Positions 1-7,392 of a stretch of DNA of 30,440 bases are shown here, one piece after another. Each line of letters begins with the position of its first letter. Position 1 is the first letter of the stretch. The notes beneath the pieces are model-generated. The model was not told the DNA's origin and made no database searches. It saw only the letters and a program-made list of their open reading frames with translations. The stretch lies in IMG/VR virus record IMGVR_UViG_3300035521_000566. The stretch is one strand, 5' to 3'. This stretch comes from a virus (taxonomy: Duplodnaviria > Heunggongvirae > Uroviricota > Caudoviricetes). The position numbers were made by a program, and so were the translations under genes.

Positions 1-1276
1 CAGATTTACCTGACAAACCTTCTATTGCATAACAATCAATACCCGATTCTTTAACCCAACAACCTAAAATACCTGCAATCATTTCATCCGTGTATCCATA
101 GTTCTTAAAAAATGAATATACTTTTTGAGCACGTTCTGTCACATCACCCTCTACAGCAACAGTTGTCGACGAATCATCTTCCTTTACAACACAAGGGTCA
201 TCGTCATCGAGATAACCTTCTCTGGCAGCAGCAGTATCATCACTACTAGACGCAAATATACCTACTATTGCTAATACGCCAATTACGACAACGCCTACAA
301 CACCACCGACTGCAACAGCCATTGTGACACCAAGTGCAACTGCTATAGTTGCAAGAGCTTGTACGGCTGCAGCTATAATAGTTGCTATTGCGGTTGCTAC
401 TGCATGAGCAGCAGCCATAAGAAGTGAAAGCATCATTTTCAAAAATGCAGCAGCCTGCAATGCTAATGCCGCCTTAATTCCAGCCCAAGCCGCTGCAGCA
501 CCAGTTTTTGCAGCATTCTGTTGTTTCTTTTTGTCTTTCTCTTCATCTTCCTGGTCTTTTTTATCATCAGAATTTTCATCATCTTTGTTATCGGACTTTT
601 TGCTTTTGTCTTTTTGGTCTTTGCCTTTTTGGTCTTTATCCGAATTTGAATTGGATGCCTTTGCTGATTTATCATCATCTTTGAATTTATTCTTATCTTT
701 TTCTTTGGCAGCAGCACCCTGGTCTGATACATGATTCGCCTCATCTGCAGCAGTTTCAGCAAGACCCTCATAATCGCCTTTTGCATATTGAACTGCACCT
801 TTTGTGACATTTTTTGAATCTTCTTTATCAAGAGCCTTAGACGGATTCTTTGCCATCTGCTTGCCCTTTTCTTTCATGCCACGTTGCAAATTACCATTTT
901 TAACATTCTCTTTAAGCTGTTTTGCTTTCGCAGCATCGTTCTTTGCTCTATCAACAGTAGCTTTAGGATTCGTACTACCTTTGCCATTTGAATTATTGCC
1001 AGAACCCGAAGAAGATTTCAAACCTTCTACTGCTCCTTGAGCCGCACCTTGGGCATTCTCTTTGGCTCTTTCTTTATTACTCACCTTAGGATTGCTGTTA
1101 CCACTTACTTCAGGACTATTGTTAGCTCTGACATTTCCAGTACCCTCTGCGTTATTCATTTTCGTTGCACCAGAATTGCCAGCCTGAGCTGACGCACCGC
1201 CAGCTCTAGCTGAAGTATTTGCATTAGAAGGGCTACTATTTGATGACTGACTATTTGAATTTGTCTTATTTGCCAT
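1..1276 (-). CDS. VirB1-like conjugative cell-wall hydrolase with phage-tail lysozyme domain (3' end truncated by the window edge; not in the ORF track)
   Basis: Translated by hand: ATG at 1276 with GGGAG 9 nt upstream; open to position 2. MANKTNSNSQ..., long K/D/N/S-rich N-terminus, Ala/Val-rich hydrophobic stretch, then AQKVYSFFKNYGYTDEMIAGILGCWVKESGID, which fits the phage tail lysozyme pattern (G..ilGN...ES). Confidence 0.8.
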   Translation of the reverse strand, partial: MANKTNSNSQSSNSSPSNANTSARAGGASAQAGNSGATKMNNAEGTGNVRANNSPEVSGNSNPKVSNKERAKENAQGAAQGAVEGLKSSSGSGNNSNGKGSTNPKATVDRAKNDAAKAKQLKENVKNGNLQRGMKEKGKQMAKNPSKALDKEDSKNVTKGAVQYAKGDYEGLAETAADEANHVSDQGAAAKEKDKNKFKDDDKSAKASNSNSDKDQKGKDQKDKSKKSDNKDDENSDDKKDQEDEEKDKKKQQNAAKTGAAAAWAGIKAALALQAAAFLKMMLSLLMAAAHAVATAIATIIAAAVQALATIAVALGVTMAVAVGGVVGVVVIGVLAIVGIFASSSDDTAAAREGYLDDDDPCVVKEDDSSTTVAVEGDVTERAQKVYSFFKNYGYTDEMIAGILGCWVKESGIDCYAIEGLSGKS

Positions 1277-1294
1277 AATTCATAACTCCCTTCA

Positions 1295-2593
1295 TTACTT
1301 TGTTATACGAAGCATATTCTCACTGTTATTTACAGTATAATTACTCTCCACATTCATAATCTGATAATCCAACTCAAGAAGTGAAACCAAATCCTTTGTC
1401 TCATAATTCTGCTTATGAACATAATATGATTCCCATGTAGACTCAAGACCCTGTATAGCTGAGTTAATATCAGAAGCCTCTTGCGTAAATCCTGATGAAC
1501 TACTAATTGTAAACTCTTTGCCACTAGACTTGTAATACCAAGTTTTCGAAATTGTCTTATCATCCTGGTATGTAGGATTTGTAATTGTTTCAATATAACT
1601 TTCTACTGTCTGGGCTCCAGCCAGTGATGTCAGATAACCATCAAAAATCGTTCCGTCCTGCCAGTTGAAATCAACACCACCTGACAAAGTATGATTCGAC
1701 TTTAGATATAAAGTATCACTTTCTTTATATGACTCTATTGCTACAGTCTGGTCCATTGATGCTACAATTGCACCATCCTGATTTACAATATAATCGCCTG
1801 CAATACACGAATATGTATCATTAAGTGCTATTCCATAAGCTTCAAGTCTCTGCTCATATTCAAGTATAGTTGCAATATCAGCTCTCATATCTTTCAAATC
1901 AGAAGTTAAAGCTTCACGAATTTCTGTTTCATCTGCACGAGCAATACATTCTTCGTACATATCACGAACTGTTACAACATCGTTATCTAAGCAGCTCACT
2001 ATAGTAGCTTCGGAAGCCGCAGGATTGAAATAGATATTTGCAAGGTCGTATTCAGCATACTGACTTGATTCTCCACTATCTTCATCAATATCAACATCTT
2101 CAGATGAAACATTTGTTAATTCTTTATCATTACGAAGTGTCAAGTACCAAATCTGATTTTCAAATCCAGCCGTATCTACGAAATAAATTCCCATATAGCC
2201 TGATGTTCCAAACATATAAATAGCACCTGACGGATTGCTCTTTAAGCTTTGAATATCGTCTTTATTTTGGTCATATCCTCTCAGGAATACAGTATAGTTG
2301 TTTGCGTCAACAGACAACTTTGAAATATCATCGAACTTTAATAATAACAATGCTTTCGTTTTATCTTGATTTGTAAAAACGCCCTCTACTGTGCCCTTAA
2401 CAGAACTTCTGGACATTGTAAAATCTGTTGTATAAACTGCCTTAGATGTCAAGGCTTGATGGTTCACTTTATAGCTTGTTACTATAAGGGAACCCGTGAT
2501 ACTGCAGAATATAATTAACAGCACCAGAAATGATAAACCAAACCGTTCGATTCCATGGTGCTTATCAAACACAGTCTTAAAAAATTTCTTCAT
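1295..2593 (-). CDS. Membrane-anchored conjugation-associated protein of unknown function (432 aa, single N-terminal TM)
   Basis: AAGGGG RBS before the ATG; hydrophobic FGLSFLVLLIIFCSITGSLIV; lies between the pilin-like and hydrolase genes. Function is inferred from context only. Confidence 0.6.
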   Translation of the reverse strand: MKKFFKTVFDKHHGIERFGLSFLVLLIIFCSITGSLIVTSYKVNHQALTSKAVYTTDFTMSRSSVKGTVEGVFTNQDKTKALLLLKFDDISKLSVDANNYTVFLRGYDQNKDDIQSLKSNPSGAIYMFGTSGYMGIYFVDTAGFENQIWYLTLRNDKELTNVSSEDVDIDEDSGESSQYAEYDLANIYFNPAASEATIVSCLDNDVVTVRDMYEECIARADETEIREALTSDLKDMRADIATILEYEQRLEAYGIALNDTYSCIAGDYIVNQDGAIVASMDQTVAIESYKESDTLYLKSNHTLSGGVDFNWQDGTIFDGYLTSLAGAQTVESYIETITNPTYQDDKTISKTWYYKSSGKEFTISSSSGFTQEASDINSAIQGLESTWESYYVHKQNYETKDLVSLLELDYQIMNVESNYTVNNSENMLRITK

Positions 2594-2643
2594 GTTGATT
2601 AACCCCTTTCGTTTTACATTTTATGATTCACAATTATATGTCT

Positions 2644-2672
2644 ATTATACCCTCATAAATGAGAATAATCAA
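2644..2672 (-). promoter_or_regulatory. P1 sigma-A-like promoter
   Basis: TTGATT (2672-2667), 17 bp, TATAAT (2649-2644) on the minus strand, immediately after a terminator. Confidence 0.75.
2652..2663. promoter_or_regulatory. Candidate operator 1, CTCATAAATGAG, in the P1 spacer
   Basis: Perfect CTCAT-AA-ATGAG palindrome; one of six copies of the motif. Confidence 0.65.
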
Positions 2673-2676
2673 GTGC

Positions 2677-2713
2677 AAAAGCAAAAGAAAAGTCCCTGCT
2701 CTGAACTTTTCTT
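2677..2713 (-). terminator. Intrinsic terminator after the pilin-like gene
   Basis: Minus-strand RNA AAGAAAAGUUC-AGAGCAG-GGACUUUUCUU followed by UUGCUUUU. Confidence 0.7.
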
Positions 2714-2795
2714 AACGACAATTTCAGAAACAGAGACTTATGTCTTTTGATTTTCTTTTAGCCAGCTAAAAGCCTTTATATGTAAAACGGCATGC

Positions 2796-3125
2796 TTAGA
2801 AAAATCTACTCTGAATCAACGGTATAACTGTTGTACCGAGGTCTTCGATGGTTTTCTTACCACCCTGGGCAATGTTAGAAACAAATGTCCATCCACCTGC
2901 AAGTAATGCACCACCGACAATCAACATAACGATAGGACCTACCCATCCGCCTGGAGCTGACTGAGGTGAAATGAACTTCTGAGCAATCTTAACGATAGCT
3001 ACAATAATCATAACAACACCAACAAGCATTATTAAGCTTCCACCCCATGTGATTAACTGGCTCTTAGAATTCTCTAAGAAACTTGTAAGGTCCCATGCCA
3101 TCTGGATAAAGTTCAATGTACTCAT
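2796..3125 (-). CDS. VirB2/TrbC-like pilin (two TM helices, 109 aa)
   Basis: AGGAG RBS; two hydrophobic helices (WGGSLIMLVGVVMIIVAIVKIA; WVGPIVMLIVGGALLAGG) separated by a short loop; size and context fit VirB2-like proteins. Confidence 0.6.
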   Translation of the reverse strand: MSTLNFIQMAWDLTSFLENSKSQLITWGGSLIMLVGVVMIIVAIVKIAQKFISPQSAPGGWVGPIVMLIVGGALLAGGWTFVSNIAQGGKKTIEDLGTTVIPLIQSRFF

Positions 3126-3187
3126 ACCTTTGCTCTCCTTTCTGATTTATAAACATCAAACTGTTGGTTACTAAATTAACCATATTG

Positions 3188-3216
3188 ATTATAAAACATA
3201 TAACACAAAATGTCAA
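3188..3216 (-). promoter_or_regulatory. P2 perfect-consensus promoter for the pilin-like gene
   Basis: TTGACA (3216-3211), 17 bp, TATAAT (3193-3188). Confidence 0.85.
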
Positions 3217-3235
3217 CTCTTTACAAAAAAAATTT

Positions 3236-3247
3236 CTCATAAATGAA
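3236..3247. promoter_or_regulatory. Candidate operator 2, CTCATAAATGAA, 19 bp upstream of the P2 -35
   Basis: Motif copy read directly from the sequence. Confidence 0.6.
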
Positions 3248-3263
3248 AAGAATTTTTTTTCTC

Positions 3264-3309
3264 CATATATGAGGAGAATTGCTAATAATTTACAACTCTC
3301 CTCAATATG
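3264..3309. other. Imperfect long hairpin just downstream of the VirB6-like stop codon
   Basis: CATATATGAGGAGAATTG ... CAACTCTCCTCAATATG; no U-tract on the minus strand, so a terminator role is uncertain. Confidence 0.45.
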
Positions 3310-3321
3310 AATTATTGATGA

Positions 3322-6300
3322 TTATTCATCTTTCTTACCCTTAGAACGATTTTTTGTAGACTTTGTTCTCTGCTTAAGTGCATCAGATTTTGTCTGAGTT
3401 ACTTGCTGTCTTTGTGTTACAACCTGCTGTCTCTGCTCGATTACAGTGTTTTGTTCCACAACTGTATTCTGCTTAACAGTTTGTGTCTTAGGTGCCGTTG
3501 TCTGAGTAGGTCTAGCTGAAACCTGCTGCTGTTTAACGACAGTTGTCTGAGTAGGTCTAGCTGGAGCCTGCTGCTGTTTAACAGTTTGTACCTTAGGTGC
3601 AGAAGCCTGTGCCTGACCTGCGGCTGGTGTTCCATATTTCTGATGATAATTCTCCATCTTCTGATTCTGAGAATATGTATCAGCCTTACTCTGGTAATAC
3701 TGCTGCTTCAGTGAACCATCAGCTGCTCTGTTAGCCTTAACCTGTGCAGCACCCTGTCTAGCACCGTTAATCATAGCCTTTCTAACTGACTGCTTACGTG
3801 GAGCTTCGCCACTTTGTGTCTGTCCAGCCGTTGTTTGTTGTGACTGACCAGCTGATACATTAGCATTTCTGCTCTGAACCTTCTGTGCGTTTGCCTGCTT
3901 ACCACTTACATTCTTAGGCTTATTGTCGTTCTTAGAATTAGTAGTATTAGCCGTACTACGTAATTCCTGAGCCTGACTGCGTTTTGCTACTGCTGCAGCT
4001 GATGTACGCTCCTGAGCCTTTACAGCTTTCTTGTCAGCCTTGGTTTGTGCTTTTTCGCTCTTAGCTGTGTTCTTAGCTATCTTATTATCCTGAGCTTTCA
4101 CTTGCTTTGTCTGACCCTTAACCTGCTGTTCGATACCCTTCTTCTGTATCTTCTGACCCTTAGCCTGCATCTTCTGACCTTTGGCTTGCATCTTCTCGCC
4201 TGATTTCACATCACGCTTACCACTAGACTCTTTATGTTTAGCAGCTGCTAACTCTGCTGCACTCTTAACCTGCTGAGCTTTACCTGCTACATACAAACCT
4301 GCACCTGCAAGTCTTGTACCTGGAGTGCTCATAGCAGCTACGCCCATAGCAGACATTGCAGCTCCCTTGGCACCATCCTTGGCTGCCTTCTTCTTAAGGT
4401 CTTTTCCTGCTTTCTTCTTAGCTTCACCCTTAGCGACTTTATCATCGCCTTTGGCTTCTTTCTCAAGACCGTTAGCTTCTTTATTAAGACCTCTAGCTTC
4501 TTTGTCAAGACCTGCCTGCTCCTTGATTTCTCCATGTCTCTCACCTATTGACTTACCACTGCCACCTACTGATTTACTATCATCGGCTGACTTACTATCG
4601 CCAAGGCTTGTACCGATAAGACCTGCTTCCTTCTTGTCGATTGCGTCTCTATTAGAGTCTGGATTATCAATACGAGCGTCGTCATTATTGTTCTCGGTAG
4701 AATTGTCTGCATTATTATTGTTAATTGCAGTTGCACTGTTAGATACACCATTTCCGCCATTTGGACCGTCGTCTCCATCATCTGGACCATTACCATCTTC
4801 ATTCTTAGCAGCGTCTTTTGTAATTGTATTGCTTGCCATAGCAGCACCAAGACCAGCAGCTGCTCCGCCTAAAGCTCCGCCAATTACTGACTTACCACCT
4901 GCTGCACCTGGAGAACCACCTGCAACAACATCAGTCTTAACATCAAGAAACTTATCAACAATCTCTTCAGCTGCTTCAGATAACGACTTGATAAACTTCT
5001 TACGCACCTTCAAAGCCTTCATCATAAACCAGCCATAGAAGATAGCTAAGAATATCAAGATAATAGGCATACCCCAATTCACAAGTGAATTTGAATCTGA
5101 TGCATTAAATGCAGCATATAATGTTCCTGTGAATATATTAGGTATTGAAAACATAATTTCTATAATAATGTCGAACAAGAATATTGTACCAATTACTTCT
5201 AAAATCATTACAAGGGCATAAGTAATAAGTTCTGCAATTGACTTGATTGTGCCAAGCAAAGCAAACGGAACTGCTTTCACAACCTGGAACATTCTTGAAA
5301 TATTTGAGAACATCATTCCAAGTCCATAGAAATAACCAACTACTACATAACATAATAGCATCATAAAGCAATTCAACCAATATAATGCTGAAGTAAGACC
5401 TGTACCTACAATATTAACTGAGTAATGTGACTTACGAACAAATGTAGATGCAATATTCGAAGGCGAATAACACGTTAAAGCTGATGTCGTGAAAGACGTA
5501 TTCAAATAGTTATACATTGAACATGTTGAAAGTCCATAAGAACCAGCAACAGTATAAGTATTACCAGTTGAATCAGCACCATAAGAATTTTGCCATGTTG
5601 GGGTGGAACCAGAATCTTGATAACTGCCACCAACATTTTTTAATCCACCATTTGCATATATGTTAATTGCATAACTGCTATTACCGCCAGATGTTTCTAT
5701 CAACTGGTCATCATTATTTGTATCTTCTTCGATTGCAGTGCCAAAATGATATAAATCAACAAGACGACCTCGATGTGATTTATAACATTCGTCGTCTTTA
5801 GAAACATAAAATGAACTAACATCAACAATCGTTGTGAACTGATTTAATATAACATTGCCTTTTTCAGCAGTAGTTGCCCATCCTGTAAGTTGGGCTTTTA
5901 CGAGTGCTTCGAATTCACCTGATGTATAATATTTGCCGTCCATGTATCTATTCAAAATATCAGTAGTCGTAGATATTATAGAAGAACGCTGAAAACTGGT
6001 GTTAGCAGAAGTAGAAGCAATATCTTCTGAAACAGTTACAGACACAACTTCATTATTCGAACTTGAATAACTATAATCGGTAAACAATGTATCCCCTAAA
6101 ACAGCACGCTGTGTAGCAAACGCATATGCTTTATTTATCTGAAACGCAATATTTCTAACATTTATTTTGGTTGTACCTGATGCGACACGAACACCTTTGT
6201 TGTTCGTTGTTGATGATAACTTCAATGTTGTGCCGTCTGCACTATTCAACGATAATCGTCCGTGCTCAGCCCATGATTCAAAATCAACAAATGTTGACAA

Positions 6301-7392
6301 TATTATTTTCGTAGCAGGCGATACTCCTGTACCTATATCTTCAGACATACTATTAAGAGCCGATGTATAAATTCCACTCAACAACGGAATGCCAATTACA
6401 AGAAATGCAATTCTAATTATATACTTCTTAAGCATTGATTTCCATTTACCCGTATGCCTAAATAACACGATTGATACAACCAGTACCACGAAAAATATAG
6501 GTATTAAAACTTCCCACGAAAAATTATATAATAATTTATACCACTTAGCTAGGACAGTTACTAAACCAGCAAAGGCTGTATTTGCAAGACCACCTGCTGT
6601 TGTTGATGTATCATAGCCCGACATCTTAAGCTTACTGCTAGAAGCAACCGAATTTACACCACTGTAAAACAACTGAAATGGATTCAGTGCTTTTAATACT
6701 GTAAATATAATTTGGAAAAACATATCTAATCCAATAGATAACATATACAGCAAATAGATAAGCCCGCCTGTTATCACATTCATCATATGTACGCTTACTT
6801 CATATCCTGTCTTATCAAGACCTGCAGTTGCTAAAACAGCACCATAACACGCATAATCATACACTACGTTTGTTTTAGTTCCACCGCTACTACTTACAGG
6901 TATATTAGAAAATGTATCATATGATGACGATGTTGTAGCCATAGTAAGCAAAGACGATAGCCATGATTTACCACCATACGCTACAAACAAACCTGCATTA
7001 CCTGCAATAACAGATGTATTGTCTTCATACTTAGAATTTAACATACCAACACCTGGGATATTACCTGTTGAAGCGTCTGGCGAAGAATTCGTTGAAAAAT
7101 AAATAGAAGCAACTTCACCAACATCCTCCAACGAAATAGCAGACTCTACAGTCTCCTCATTGCCATCGCCAGTAAGTACATCTGCAGCTGCATCAATTAC
7201 CTCAACTGTATTTTTCACAAAACCTGTAACAGCTTTACAAGCTGTACTGACAGTAGACTTTACAGCACTCCACGCCTTCTTAAGCCAACCAGCTTCGGCT
7301 TGCTGCGGCGTTACTAATGCCAGACAGAACATACAGGCTATAAGAGTGAAAATAATCTTACATGAAATTTTTTGTGTCTTTGAAACTTCCAT
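3322..7392 (-). CDS. Giant VirB6-like polytopic membrane protein (1356 aa) with large loop and ~500-aa low-complexity C-terminal tail
   Basis: Signal-like N-terminus (..QQAEA|G), about 6-8 hydrophobic segments in two clusters around a ~330-aa loop, then a G/A-, N/D- and K/Q/A-rich tail; TAATG-coupled to the VirB4-like gene. Confidence 0.6.
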   Translation of the reverse strand: MEVSKTQKISCKIIFTLIACMFCLALVTPQQAEAGWLKKAWSAVKSTVSTACKAVTGFVKNTVEVIDAAADVLTGDGNEETVESAISLEDVGEVASIYFSTNSSPDASTGNIPGVGMLNSKYEDNTSVIAGNAGLFVAYGGKSWLSSLLTMATTSSSYDTFSNIPVSSSGGTKTNVVYDYACYGAVLATAGLDKTGYEVSVHMMNVITGGLIYLLYMLSIGLDMFFQIIFTVLKALNPFQLFYSGVNSVASSSKLKMSGYDTSTTAGGLANTAFAGLVTVLAKWYKLLYNFSWEVLIPIFFVVLVVSIVLFRHTGKWKSMLKKYIIRIAFLVIGIPLLSGIYTSALNSMSEDIGTGVSPATKIILSTFVDFESWAEHGRLSLNSADGTTLKLSSTTNNKGVRVASGTTKINVRNIAFQINKAYAFATQRAVLGDTLFTDYSYSSSNNEVVSVTVSEDIASTSANTSFQRSSIISTTTDILNRYMDGKYYTSGEFEALVKAQLTGWATTAEKGNVILNQFTTIVDVSSFYVSKDDECYKSHRGRLVDLYHFGTAIEEDTNNDDQLIETSGGNSSYAINIYANGGLKNVGGSYQDSGSTPTWQNSYGADSTGNTYTVAGSYGLSTCSMYNYLNTSFTTSALTCYSPSNIASTFVRKSHYSVNIVGTGLTSALYWLNCFMMLLCYVVVGYFYGLGMMFSNISRMFQVVKAVPFALLGTIKSIAELITYALVMILEVIGTIFLFDIIIEIMFSIPNIFTGTLYAAFNASDSNSLVNWGMPIILIFLAIFYGWFMMKALKVRKKFIKSLSEAAEEIVDKFLDVKTDVVAGGSPGAAGGKSVIGGALGGAAAGLGAAMASNTITKDAAKNEDGNGPDDGDDGPNGGNGVSNSATAINNNNADNSTENNNDDARIDNPDSNRDAIDKKEAGLIGTSLGDSKSADDSKSVGGSGKSIGERHGEIKEQAGLDKEARGLNKEANGLEKEAKGDDKVAKGEAKKKAGKDLKKKAAKDGAKGAAMSAMGVAAMSTPGTRLAGAGLYVAGKAQQVKSAAELAAAKHKESSGKRDVKSGEKMQAKGQKMQAKGQKIQKKGIEQQVKGQTKQVKAQDNKIAKNTAKSEKAQTKADKKAVKAQERTSAAAVAKRSQAQELRSTANTTNSKNDNKPKNVSGKQANAQKVQSRNANVSAGQSQQTTAGQTQSGEAPRKQSVRKAMINGARQGAAQVKANRAADGSLKQQYYQSKADTYSQNQKMENYHQKYGTPAAGQAQASAPKVQTVKQQQAPARPTQTTVVKQQQVSARPTQTTAPKTQTVKQNTVVEQNTVIEQRQQVVTQRQQVTQTKSDALKQRTKSTKNRSKGKKDE
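3497..3582 (-). repeat. 45-nt in-frame tandem repeat (~1.9 copies; ARPTQTTVVKQQQVS)
   Basis: GTTGTCTGAGTAGGTCTAGCTG at 3497 and 3542; CCTGCTGCTGTTTAAC at 3522 and 3567. Confidence 0.9.
4141..4194 (-). repeat. 21-nt heptad repeat (KMQAKGQ KMQAKGQ KIQK)
   Basis: Visible at both DNA and protein level. Confidence 0.8.
4450..4512 (-). repeat. 21-nt heptad repeat x3 (GLDKEAR GLNKEAN GLEKEAK)
   Basis: Visible at both DNA and protein level. Confidence 0.85.

Noticed and set aside
463-831. 122-aa minus-strand ORF (also 1354-1593, 3441-3635, 4338-4544, 4566-4850, 5138-5380)
   Set aside because: Alternative frames nested in longer, better-supported genes; 463-831 lies inside the 1276-start hydrolase.
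4325-5038. 237-aa plus-strand ORF and the other plus-strand ORFs in the track
   Set aside because: Antisense shadows of biased-codon minus-strand genes; no RBS or promoter seen; low-complexity translations.
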